Positions 47,393-57,200 of a stretch of DNA of 64,000 nt are shown in pieces; the stretch's first letter is position 1; each line of letters begins with the position of its first letter. The stretch is from a virus (taxonomy: Duplodnaviria; Caudoviricetes). A model generated the notes under the pieces. That model was not told where the DNA came from. It saw only the letters and a list, made by a program, of their open reading frames with translations, and did no database searches. The stretch lies in IMG/VR virus record IMGVR_UViG_2671180615_000003, positions 1 to 64,000 of that record. One strand, written 5' to 3'. The translations under genes and the position numbers were made by a program.

Positions 47393-48496
47393 ATGAATGT
47401 ATTTTTCCAAAAAGCTGAACGCAAGCAAGCCAAATTAAGACTTGCATTATCTGGTCCTACTGGTTCAGGAAAAACTGAAAGCGCTCTAAAACTTGCTGTT
47501 GGTATTGGTGGTCGAATTGCTGTTGTTGATACTGAAGATAGTAGCGCTTCACTTTATGCAGACCGTTATGAATTTTATGCTGCAAACCTAACACCTCCAT
47601 ATACACCAGAAAAATTTACAGCAGCAATCAAAGCAGCTGAGCAAGGTGGTTTTGATATTTTAATTTTAGACAGTATTACCCATGAATGGTCTGGTACAGG
47701 TGGTTGTTTGGAAATCGTAGACACACTGACCAAGGGTAAATTTAAAGGTAATAGCTGGGCCGCTTGGAGCGAAGTCACCCCACGTCACCGCAAATTTATT
47801 GATGCGATTCTTCATTCAAGTATTCACATCATCGTAACTCTACGCAGCAAGATGGATACGATCCAAACCGAAACTAACGGCAAAAAGAAGGTTGAAAAGG
47901 TTGGGATGAAGTCTGAACAACGCGATGGTATCGAATATGAGTTCACCACGGTACTTGACTTAAATGCTGATCATTTTGCAAATGCCACAAAAGACCGAAC
48001 TCATATTTTCACTGAACCAATGATGATTAATGAAGGTACTGGTGCATGTCTACGTGAGTGGCTACTTTCTGGATCTGCCGATGCAACTATTGACGGTAAT
48101 CAATTTTTAGAAATTGAAGATCTTATGCAGCGCGCTGGGATCAACATAGAGAATTACTGCTTAAAGCGCAAGTTAAATAGCTTGATGGATCTTCAACAAC
48201 AAAAGTTTGAAGAAACAAAAAATCAGCTCTTAAACATCATTCGCAAAAATGAACAAACTGCTCGTGAGCATGAAAATCAATTGAGCCAAAACCAAACACA
48301 GGCGGCGAATAATTTTGTTGAGATTTCAGCAGAACAACGTGATGAGCTTCAGGCCTTTATTGCTGAACGCGGCCTCGATGTAAAAACAGTTTGTGAACAC
48401 TTCGGTATTGATGCTCTTACCCAAATAGAAGCGGCAAAACTAGCAGCTGTTAAACAAGAAATTGAAACATTAGCTAAAAATGGGATGACAGCATGA
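47393..48496 (+). CDS. Sak4-like P-loop recombination ATPase (AAA_24)
   Basis: GPTGSGKT, VVDTE, ILDSITHEW, YEFT; two similar helical C-terminal domains. Confidence 0.85.
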   Translation: MNVFFQKAERKQAKLRLALSGPTGSGKTESALKLAVGIGGRIAVVDTEDSSASLYADRYEFYAANLTPPYTPEKFTAAIKAAEQGGFDILILDSITHEWSGTGGCLEIVDTLTKGKFKGNSWAAWSEVTPRHRKFIDAILHSSIHIIVTLRSKMDTIQTETNGKKKVEKVGMKSEQRDGIEYEFTTVLDLNADHFANATKDRTHIFTEPMMINEGTGACLREWLLSGSADATIDGNQFLEIEDLMQRAGINIENYCLKRKLNSLMDLQQQKFEETKNQLLNIIRKNEQTAREHENQLSQNQTQAANNFVEISAEQRDELQAFIAERGLDVKTVCEHFGIDALTQIEAAKLAAVKQEIETLAKNGMTA

Positions 48497-49404
48497 AAAC
48501 ACTTAATAAAATCGAAGCAAAACTTGCTTGGGCCAATGGTGAATTACTCTTAGTAAATAATACAGAGCGTAATGGCTGGGAACTTTTTAACCCTTATGAT
48601 TTCGGTTTTGATGTATTTGATAAATTTGAATTTCAGGTTAAACCTAGAACTATTTTTATTGGTGAGTTTGAAGTACCAGAGCCATTAAAAGAATCTCCAG
48701 AAAAGGGTTCTACTTGCTCTTATCCAAGTCCAACTGTTGAATTAGGTGTACAGCAGTTTAAGTGGAATGGTTCTAAAGGACAATTGCGCATGCTCCAGCA
48801 TGGCCAAGTTCACTCAAATTTTGATAATGCATTTGCTCATTGCTGCGCGATTATCAAAGTCAGTGGTGGTGAGTTAGCTGAAGATATGCTGAAACTTCTA
48901 AATAAGCCAACTGATGAAGTCGAAGCACTTACCGAAAGTGATGTTGAATCTTCAATTGTGAAAACTTCAACAACAAATAATTCAGAAAAAACACCAATAA
49001 CTGAACCTGTTGTAAAAGAAGAAACCGAAGATACGGAATATAAAAAGACACTTGAGACGCTTCTAAAGCGTGTAAAAGAGTCAAAAACACCAGCAGAAGT
49101 AAACGCAGTTTATCGATACACCCGCACTTGGTCTGATAAACAAATGGATCCTTTGCTTCTTGCAACTCACAAACGACTTGAAGAGTTGGAAAAAGCAAAG
49201 TCTCCTTCAGGTGAACCGCCTTCTCTAATGGTTCAGATCCAGACCGCACCAGACCTGACAACGTTAGATGCTTTGGAAATAGACGTGGCTGCACGAGATC
49301 CGCAGATTCAACCTAGACTCATGGATTTTATCAAAAAGCGTCGTTTTGAATTAGAGAATTCGTCTTCAAATGAACCTGCTTATTTATTAGAGGAACCTTT
49401 CTAA
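48493..49404 (+). CDS. Phage hypothetical protein
   Basis: 303 aa, overlaps neighbours in the early-left operon. Confidence 0.75.
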   Translation: MKTLNKIEAKLAWANGELLLVNNTERNGWELFNPYDFGFDVFDKFEFQVKPRTIFIGEFEVPEPLKESPEKGSTCSYPSPTVELGVQQFKWNGSKGQLRMLQHGQVHSNFDNAFAHCCAIIKVSGGELAEDMLKLLNKPTDEVEALTESDVESSIVKTSTTNNSEKTPITEPVVKEETEDTEYKKTLETLLKRVKESKTPAEVNAVYRYTRTWSDKQMDPLLLATHKRLEELEKAKSPSGEPPSLMVQIQTAPDLTTLDALEIDVAARDPQIQPRLMDFIKKRRFELENSSSNEPAYLLEEPF

Positions 49405-49700
49405 TGTCGAAACAGACTACTCCAGAGTTTCTTTTGGAGCCAAAGCTGCTACCCCAGCAGCTTTTCGAGAAGTTCATTGTATTCAATGTTAATGCTGGCT
49501 ATCGCGGTCGAGGTACACCCAAGGGAGTGAACCTAATTAAAGGTAATAAAGCCACCCTCACCTTGACCGATAAAGGTGAGATGAACAAAGCAGCTCAAGA
49601 GCGCTACAAGTTAATGCTTTTGAAGTATTTCAAAGAAGGACGCTCAGCAATGGATGAGCTGAATCATGAAGTTAAACGTATTTATAGACAGGTGGCGTGA
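49404..49700 (+). CDS. Phage hypothetical protein
   Basis: Translationally coupled ORF. Confidence 0.7.
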   Translation: MSKQTTPEFLLEPKLLPQQLFEKFIVFNVNAGYRGRGTPKGVNLIKGNKATLTLTDKGEMNKAAQERYKLMLLKYFKEGRSAMDELNHEVKRIYRQVA

Positions 49701-49985
49701 ATGAGCAAAGTTATTGGTGAAGTGAACTTAAATCCAAGTCGTATTGAAGGTACTCCAGATCAGGTAGCGATTCATATTTTTAAAGAAGTTATTTGCCCTA
49801 GTACAGAAGAGCTTCTCAAAAATAACCCTGAGGCTGCGAAGGTGTTTGCTTATCACATTTTTGGTTTAGCGCTATCTCAAATGGCAGAGTTTCATTCAAC
49901 CAAAAGTTTAGATAAAGCTGTAAGCGTTACCCTTCACAACCTTTTGCGCCAGCTGAAGAAAGAACGCAATGAGCTGAAGAATTAA
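49701..49985 (+). CDS. Phage hypothetical protein
   Basis: Abuts the previous ORF. Confidence 0.7.
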   Translation: MSKVIGEVNLNPSRIEGTPDQVAIHIFKEVICPSTEELLKNNPEAAKVFAYHIFGLALSQMAEFHSTKSLDKAVSVTLHNLLRQLKKERNELKN

Positions 49986-49998
49986 GGAGTAAAACTAA

Positions 49999-50172
49999 AT
50001 GCTATTAACAGTCAATCAGACAATTCAGGTCACCAATTTATCGAAGACAACTATATATAGGATGTTTGATTCAGGAGAACTTAAAAAAGTTAAGTTGGGT
50101 GGTTCAACAAGAGTTGAGCTTTCTAATGAACTTTACGAAAAATACAAAGAAAAAATTCAGGCCTTATTTTAA
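49999..50172 (+). CDS. xis: Excisionase / AlpA-like HTH protein (57 aa, not in the ORF track)
   Basis: MLLTVNQTIQVTNLSKTTIYRMFDSGELKKVKLGGSTRV...; AAGGAG RBS; convergent with int. Confidence 0.85.
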   Translation: MLLTVNQTIQVTNLSKTTIYRMFDSGELKKVKLGGSTRVELSNELYEKYKEKIQALF

Positions 50173-50180
50173 TAAGGCCT
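50159..50180. terminator. Hairpin between convergent xis and int
   Basis: AGGCCTTATT-TT-AATAAGGCCT. Confidence 0.55.
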
Positions 50181-50189
50181 TCGTCTTAT

Positions 50190-51440
50190 TTATTTGATAG
50201 CTCTTTCCCTAGCCTCATCCCTCAATTTATCAAGATAGTCGGCCCAAGCCTGCATCATCTCGGTACGTTCTTTTAAATATTTGGTTCTGTTGTAAGCTCT
50301 GCCATGCATATCTTTAACTTGGTGTGCCAGTTGTTGCTCAATACGTTCAATCGGATAATGAAGTACTTCATCAAGTAAAGTACGAGCTGTTGCTCGCAGA
50401 CCATGTCCTGTAGTTTCACCATTTGCAAAACCAAAATTCTTAAGCCTTTTATTTATAGTCGATTCACTAATAACATCCTTACCTTTTTTCATTGAGGCAA
50501 AGACATACTTTCGGCCACCGGTTAACTTATATAGCTTCCTTAAGTGCTCAACAACTTGTGTAGCTAACGGAACAATATGCTCTAATTGAGTCTTATTTTG
50601 CGTCTTTGGCGGAGTGTAAGCCCAAAGACCTTTATCTAAATCAATATTCTCCCATTCTGCCCAGCGCAATTCACCTGGTCGCACAAATATATAAGGCAAT
50701 ATTAATGTAGCGAAATAAACAATTATGGAACCATTTACTTGTGGTTCTGACAAATCTAAAAGTAGTTGTCCTAATCGTTCTTCATCTGTAATTGCTGCGT
50801 AATGTTTTACCGTTCCAGACTTCAAAATACCTGATATTTGATCAGCAACATTATATTGGCATAGTCCTAAAACAATCGCATACTTAAATACCTGACTAGC
50901 TTTAGAGCGCATTCTTTTTGCAGAATCGTATTTACCTTGGTTCTCATACAATCTACAAGCATCTAAAATTTGTAGAGCAGTAATTTCTGAAATTGGAATT
51001 GATCCAACACTTAAATAAAGTTTTTCCCAAATTGAATCATTACGCTGTTTGGTACTTTCTGTGATTTCTTCAGTAAGTCTAAATTCATCAGCCACAGCAG
51101 CAAAGGTTGATACTAGATTTCTTTTTTTAATCTGTACTTCCCTTTTACGTTGTTCGACTGGATCAATATTTTGTGCAATTTGACTTCTGAATTCTTCACG
51201 TTTTTGTCTTGCTACAGCTAAAGAAATTTCAGGATATGAACCAATAGATATGGTATTGCGCTTCTTAATAATTGGCCGAGTGTAATCGAACCTCCACGTT
51301 GTAGCCCCCTTTTTATCAATTAATAGGTATAATCCACCACCATCAGAAAGTTTTTGAGTTTTTTTCTCAATTTCTTTCTTATTTTTAGCGATTTCAGACT
51401 TTATTTTAGAGTCAGTTAAAGCAGGTACAATTTTAGGCAT
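50190..51440 (-). CDS. int: Tyrosine integrase (P4-like, with arm-binding domain)
   Basis: SDGGGLYL arm domain; catalytic RPGE, HGLR, LAH, AYNR. Confidence 0.96.
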   Translation of the reverse strand: MPKIVPALTDSKIKSEIAKNKKEIEKKTQKLSDGGGLYLLIDKKGATTWRFDYTRPIIKKRNTISIGSYPEISLAVARQKREEFRSQIAQNIDPVEQRKREVQIKKRNLVSTFAAVADEFRLTEEITESTKQRNDSIWEKLYLSVGSIPISEITALQILDACRLYENQGKYDSAKRMRSKASQVFKYAIVLGLCQYNVADQISGILKSGTVKHYAAITDEERLGQLLLDLSEPQVNGSIIVYFATLILPYIFVRPGELRWAEWENIDLDKGLWAYTPPKTQNKTQLEHIVPLATQVVEHLRKLYKLTGGRKYVFASMKKGKDVISESTINKRLKNFGFANGETTGHGLRATARTLLDEVLHYPIERIEQQLAHQVKDMHGRAYNRTKYLKERTEMMQAWADYLDKLRDEARERAIK

Positions 51441-51450
51441 TTTTGAGTTT

Positions 51451-51573
51451 TACGGTAAGTTATACGGTATGATCCCACAAAGTGAACATTTTAATAGATC
51501 AAAATCATTAACTTATGTTTCATTTCGTGAGCGCGCCGGGCGCACCAGTTTATTATACAAAATCAAAAACTTA
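51451..51573. promoter_or_regulatory. att-site accessory elements: arm-type repeats and IHF-like boxes
   Basis: TACGGTA twice (51451, 51463); AATCATTAACTTA (51503) and AATCAAAAACTTA (51561) compared with WATCAANNNNTTR. Confidence 0.6.
51532..51547 (+). other. att core: 3'-terminal tRNA fragment (probably tRNA-Arg)
   Basis: CGCGC-CGGGCGC-A-CCA reads as T-stem 3' strand, acceptor strand and CCA; a GC island in AT-rich DNA; the rest of the tRNA is absent. Confidence 0.75.
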
Positions 51574-51637
51574 AACGAAAAAAATAAAAACTTAGGAATA
51601 ACAATCTTTATTTTTACTGTATTTAGTTAAATTTTAG

Positions 51638-52186
51638 TTAGTTAAATGAAATTCTATGAGCAATCCAACCATAAAAAAATTGCTCTTGGCCTGGATTACG
51701 TTCACAGATTTCGATGTATCGCTGACCTTGCATAATATTTAAAACACGTAATAGAACTTTTTCACCATCTTTCCCACGTTTAGCCAAATAGATTTTTAAA
51801 GCACCCAATGTAGCTGAACCATAAACTCCATCAACCACAAGATCTGACCAACCCGCCTTACCTTGGTTATTCAACAAATTTAAGGCACGCTGTAAAAGGG
51901 GTTTTGCAAACCCTATGCCGCAATTAACACCTGTATCTAAAAGTTCTTCAGCTACTACAGGAGAAATTAAATTTACTTGATCAAAGCGTGGAGCTGTCCA
52001 ATATTGTTTTTTATAAATAGACTTTGCAGTTTCAATTGGCAAATCTCGCATATTACCTTTGAATCCGTTTGTTCGAGCAACGGCTTCAGTAATTCCGTAC
52101 TTTGTTGCCCCTCCCCGATCCGCTGGATTATTTACATAGCCGCCTTCGCGCTTAATTAACTCATCTAGATATTTTTCAATATTCAT
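51638..52186 (-). CDS. Endolysin, GH108 with a PG-binding domain
   Basis: REGGYVNNPADRGGATKYGIT, DTGVNCG, FFYGW. Confidence 0.93.
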   Translation of the reverse strand: MNIEKYLDELIKREGGYVNNPADRGGATKYGITEAVARTNGFKGNMRDLPIETAKSIYKKQYWTAPRFDQVNLISPVVAEELLDTGVNCGIGFAKPLLQRALNLLNNQGKAGWSDLVVDGVYGSATLGALKIYLAKRGKDGEKVLLRVLNIMQGQRYIEICERNPGQEQFFYGWIAHRISFN

Positions 52187-52241
52187 TCCACTTTCCTTTA
52201 GAGTTGAAAACTACTCAGAGGTAGCACGTAAATTTGAATCA

Positions 52242-52463
52242 TTACTGTTGATTTGAATCTTCAGCTTCCTTTTTTTGTTTATTGTTAGATCCAAAATAGA
52301 AGGCAATCACAGCACTAGATAAACCAAGTAAAGTCCCTAGTGATACGTTTAATAGATCACGGTTTTTGTCTGGATATTCAATAAAGAACAACCCAAGAAC
52401 ACAGAGAAATGACATTGCAATAACCATGTACGCTAAATATGTCCGAGTATTTTCACTTTTCAT
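52242..52463 (-). CDS. Two-TM holin or holin-accessory protein
   Basis: Homologous to 6927-7151 (TRxYLA..., FYFGS); start refined to MKSENTRT. Confidence 0.75.
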   Translation of the reverse strand: MKSENTRTYLAYMVIAMSFLCVLGLFFIEYPDKNRDLLNVSLGTLLGLSSAVIAFYFGSNNKQKKEAEDSNQQ

Positions 52464-52737
52464 CTTTATCCTCTTTGATGCGTAATTTGGCTTGCCCATA
52501 CTGTTTTTTACGCAATTCATGAATCTCTTCTGAACGTTTTTCATCACGGCGCTTAAAGTAGAGATTTGTTAAGTAGGTTGCTACACCAATTAAGATTGAA
52601 ATAATTACAGCCCAATCAATTTTTCCAGCAATTCCAATCAACCCCCCGCCCACGACATAGCCATATGAAAATTTAGTTGCAGTAGCCGCAGCTGTACTTG
52701 CAGCTGCTTCAACCACACTATTTGTTTGGTCATTCAT
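52453..52737 (-). CDS. Putative holin
   Basis: Highly similar to 7141-7425 (QTNSVVEAAASTAAATATKF). Confidence 0.75.
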   Translation of the reverse strand: MNDQTNSVVEAAASTAAATATKFSYGYVVGGGLIGIAGKIDWAVIISILIGVATYLTNLYFKRRDEKRSEEIHELRKKQYGQAKLRIKEDKDEK

Positions 52738-52904
52738 ACCTTCCTCCAAATCTTGGGTATAAAAAAGCACCCTAGTGGGTGACTATAAATAAATCGAAGC
52801 AGCCCGTTTTTGTGGTACAGTTCGATTAAATAAAGGTTTATATATTTCATTTTTTTATACAAAGAGAATCTGACTGACTCTTATGATCTGAATATTAGTT
52901 TGGC

Positions 52905-53771
52905 TTAGTAACCAGTAACGTCAATCATAAAAGTATTAATTGTATTCATACCTGCTTGAATGCCTGAAACTTTTCCGTCCATCAACAGACTTGAGGTTAA
53001 CCCTCTAAAAATATAAACCCCATCTTGCTGTAGAACATAAGTATCGTAGATTACGCTACCACCAGAAGTAATAGCACCACTTCCTCCTGAACTAGTATAT
53101 GTATAGCTATTTTGAAACCTAATAGGAGTTTCTGCGATTGCCACAGCAAATTTTTTCCCCATAGGAGCCCGGCTAGATAAATACATAGGATCAGCATAGA
53201 CGAAAGATGATGCTACATTTGCCCATCCAGGGAAATCTACATCCCTAGCTGGTTGGTTTTGAATAAAGTTAAGTACTTTTAGTGGCTTATAATTAGAATC
53301 AAAAACTAATCTTTCATTTGCATCAAATAATTGTAATCCCATTGATGAGTGTGACAATTCTAAATCTTTAAAATTAAATTCATAAATTGTCAATTTATAC
53401 GATTTGTCAGCTGGTGGAATTAAATCATTTGTAGGAATTCTAAAACTGATAAACATATCATTAGGCATAGAACTGCCTAGAAGATCTGCATCATAAGAAT
53501 AAATATAGAAACGAAAACTAGGCTTTAAAACAATAGAATCCAGATCTCTGTGATTACCTACTGGATTCGGTGCAGGATATTCATCTACCCACCAAGAATC
53601 CATGGCAACTGCAAAAATAGAATCTTCTAAAGTAGGAGTATAATCAAAAAATTGATTACCCTGTTCACGAGCGATAGTATATTCCTGTTTTCCAACTAGA
53701 AACATATTCCGATAGTTACCATCAATATGAATAACACCAGAATCATTTAAAATACGAAAGCCAACATCCAT
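52905..53771 (-). CDS. Tail-tip associated protein
   Basis: GFRILNDSG and MGLQLFDANERLVFDS repeats typical of genes following J-like tips; ends IDVTGY. Confidence 0.7.
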   Translation of the reverse strand: MDVGFRILNDSGVIHIDGNYRNMFLVGKQEYTIAREQGNQFFDYTPTLEDSIFAVAMDSWWVDEYPAPNPVGNHRDLDSIVLKPSFRFYIYSYDADLLGSSMPNDMFISFRIPTNDLIPPADKSYKLTIYEFNFKDLELSHSSMGLQLFDANERLVFDSNYKPLKVLNFIQNQPARDVDFPGWANVASSFVYADPMYLSSRAPMGKKFAVAIAETPIRFQNSYTYTSSGGSGAITSGGSVIYDTYVLQQDGVYIFRGLTSSLLMDGKVSGIQAGMNTINTFMIDVTGY

Positions 53772-54163
53772 TAGTAAATTCCATAGTGAAGATAAATATA
53801 GTTATTGAACGCTGAAATATAAGCCGTTTCGAACTTGGCAGCTGACCAACTCATTGTTATACCATCAAAGATAACTGATACTTTAAAGGCTGAAAATTTA
53901 GCGCCTGGATAAAACCCACCACTATCATACCCCCAAAATCCATGCCAAAAATTTTGGCCATCTATCCACCCCGACTTTTTAGCTTCATTACCTTGAGTAA
54001 AATAGAATGGATTTCCTAAAGCCAAGTCAGGAACCACCAACTGCCCAGAAGTTTCATTTACGTTAGTGGGGATAGCAATTGTACCTAGAATCTTAGTCAT
54101 ACGATCCGTGACATCTACTATAAGATTTCTTTGTTCATCAAAACACTGTAAACCTTGTGGCAT
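53771..54163 (-). CDS. Small tail-tip associated protein
   Basis: MPQGLQCFDEQRNLIVDVTDR...YGIY. Confidence 0.7.
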   Translation of the reverse strand: MPQGLQCFDEQRNLIVDVTDRMTKILGTIAIPTNVNETSGQLVVPDLALGNPFYFTQGNEAKKSGWIDGQNFWHGFWGYDSGGFYPGAKFSAFKVSVIFDGITMSWSAAKFETAYISAFNNYIYLHYGIY

Positions 54164-54209
54164 ATAAACCTCCTAAAGAAATAATGGGCTAGTTAACTAA
54201 CCCAACCTT

Positions 54210-57200
54210 TTACCAAAGCCCTAATTTCACTCTTAAAACATTATTTTCATCATAAACCGTGATTAAACTCCCAGTTAAAACCATTCGAGCCCCATTAGGC
54301 TTAGAGGGATCCTTATAAGTAGTTAAGGTTCCAAGCGTCGCACTTAAGGCACTTAAACTTGATGCATTAATTTTTTCAGCATTGATATAACCAATAGATG
54401 CATTGTCTAAATACAGACCTGCAGGAATCACCGTGCCGTTCGGCAAAGTTGTTGAAGTTGATTGATAAGTAAATGCATATTTAGGTGTTATGGTACCTGT
54501 GACTGTAGATGGTGCGCCGATTGCAAATCTGTTTGCCTGAATAATGAAATCAACTGTCTTGCTATCATTCTCAATACCAACACCGCCGACCAAATTGCCT
54601 GATTGCAATTTCAACGTTGCTCTTGCTTTCAAGCCATCGATTGATTCTTGTTGAGATTGAATCGATGAGGTATGTCCACCTACCGTTGTTGTTAGGTTCG
54701 TAATACTCGTCGCTTGAGTTGAGACTTTGCCGTCAATGGTGCTCACTTTGGCATCTAAAGTAGACAGCGCTGATGCTTCGGCTTTATTTGCAAGTCCGTC
54801 ACTCAAAGTTTTGATGTCTTGCGACCATGCACCCCAAGTGCTTGTGCTCGCACTGCGGCGTTCCGCAGTTAGCTTAGAGTCAGAGCCACGAGCAATCTGA
54901 ATGATTGCCCCGCCAGTTGCGTCACTGTAGTAAACATAAGTTTCAAGTGATACATAGGTGCCCATTCCCGTTAGGCCGATTGTTGAAGCCTGTTTAAACT
55001 CACGAACGATACGTTTAGGGTAATTCGTCCAATACCATGACGGCGGTTGGTTCGTTGAGCGAGTGTCAGTAACCTCAATGTCTTTTAGTAATCCATTAAC
55101 TGTACTGTTCAAAGACGTAATGCTAGAGCCTTGAGAGGTAATAGAACCTTCAGTTACGGTTACTCGGTTAGCCAAGTTTGTCAAAGCTGAACTATCTGCC
55201 TTTGACGATAAAGTTCCGTTGATAGTCGTAATGCTGTTGTTAAGCGAAGTAATTGAGCTACCTTGTGAAGTAATCTTTCCTTCTGCTGTAGTTACTCGCG
55301 TATCAAGTGACGATAAAGCATTAGCTGTGGCATCGTTGGCAGCAATCGCATCAGCATCTTCAATGATGATGTAATCAAGTTCAGTCATGCCTGCTGCGTT
55401 CGAGTAGTTGGCAAGGAATTGAACGCTTAAAAATGCAGTTGCATTTGGCATTTGGCGAGGCGCTGCCAAAGTCCAACTTCCTGCCGCTGCGCCAGCAGCA
55501 CGACCTTTGACGTACACTGTCACTTCTTGCCATACGTTGTTTGTAGGACTTTGATTGATCACAAAGTAGTTTGAAGAACCAAAGTCCGTAGATACGGTAT
55601 TGTTTAAGTTTACGTGTGAAGTGCCATCAGCCGCCAAACAACAAACTGCACAATAGATTGTTCCTGTACCGCTGAGACGACGATAACGCGCGCGGATACG
55701 ATAAGTTTTAGTTTGATCAAATGGCAGTTTCGCTTTTGATCTCGCATTTACGTGGTCATTACCCGCGTTGTTACCGAAACGATAGACTTTGCCACCAAGC
55801 GCCGAAGTGTCATCAGCTCTCGCAACCTCACCATTTTTAGCCCAATAATTCCACTCACTATCAGGATCCACATCAAGTGATGCAGACATTGTGATGCCAT
55901 TGGCTACATTTTTAAGGTTTGCAGTTAGGCTAGTGATTGAAGACGTATTTGCCGTGATTTTACCTTCGGCAGTTGTCACTCGACTATCAAGATCAGTTAC
56001 CGCAGAAGTGCTCGCTTTGGTATTTAAGGCGCCGTTAATGCTTGTAATACTGTTATTTAACGTAGTGATGCTATTACTGTGAGAAGTAATGGTGTCACCC
56101 TGTTGTGTAACTGTATTTGTTAGATTAGAGATAGCCGAAGCGTTGGCGGTAATCTGAGTAGAAACATCTAACAATGATGGCTCTACAATTGCTGAAATAC
56201 CACTAGATGCAAGGTCGGCTTCCGCAATTAGGCTTGCTGACCAACCGTTAATCCAATCGTCTGGTGGTGTTGTATAACCAATTTCGGCGTCAATGTTGAA
56301 TTTAGGATACTGCCAATAAGCGTTAGGCGCTTGTGACGTCAAGATAACCACAACTGTACCGTTGCGAACACCCATACGTACACGCATCGGCAATGTACCT
56401 GAGTTCACTACTCCATGTTGAATAATCGAAGTGCCGGTATAGGCATAACCGCCGATATTCAAATTAATATCGGTCTTACCAGCCAAATAGTTATAACCAG
56501 TAAGCGCAAGTCTAAACATCTTACTTGTGAAGGTAATAGGCGTTTGAATTACGATGTTACCGACGACATTTGCGCCGTTTTGTTGGAAAACCAACACACC
56601 TCTAAATAACTTAGCTGCACCAGTGCCGCCTTGGATCTTAGGCAATGCAGCATTAGCTGTATTGGTAGTCACCGCTAGGTTATTAGTCAAGGAAGTAATT
56701 GAGCCACCTTGAGAGCTGATATTGCCTTCTGCTGTCGTCACTCGATTTGATAATGAGCTTAGAGCGGACGCGTCTGCTTTCTGTGAAAGCGCGGTATTAA
56801 TATTGGTAACGCTATTGTTTAAAGTAACAATATTGTTGGATGCAGAAGTAACACGACCATCAATATTTGTCACTTTAGAATCAAGCGTGCTTAATGCAGA
56901 TGAAGTTGCTTGCAAGTCGCTTGCTAATTTTTTATTACCTGTGATGTTGCGAACTTGAATATCTGTTACATGCCAGAGTTGTGCTGCTGCATCTGCCGCG
57001 GCTGCGCTCACTTGCAACCAAGGACGAATTAGTACAGTTGCCCCACTAGGAATTGTGAAATAACCTTCGGCAAACCCCCAATTATTTCTATCGCTCCCTT
57101 TTGCAGCGACGGCAAACCAAGAATGAACACCATTTGCATCAATAATGTGAAAACCTAGAACAGCAGTGGTATTTGCAGATGTATTAGGTGTCGCAAACCA

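Larger units (their letters stand above)
1..51547 (-). mobile_element. Prophage 1, lambdoid siphovirus-like; left boundary lies outside the window
   Basis: Canonical order int-xis-recombination-cI/cro/cII-replication-Q-terminase-portal-head-tail-lysis; right end at a tRNA 3' fragment next to the integrase. Confidence 0.92.

Noticed and set aside
51480-51547. Intact tRNA gene
   Set aside because: Only the last ~16 nt are tRNA-like; there is no D arm, anticodon arm or proper T-loop upstream. Treated as an att core.
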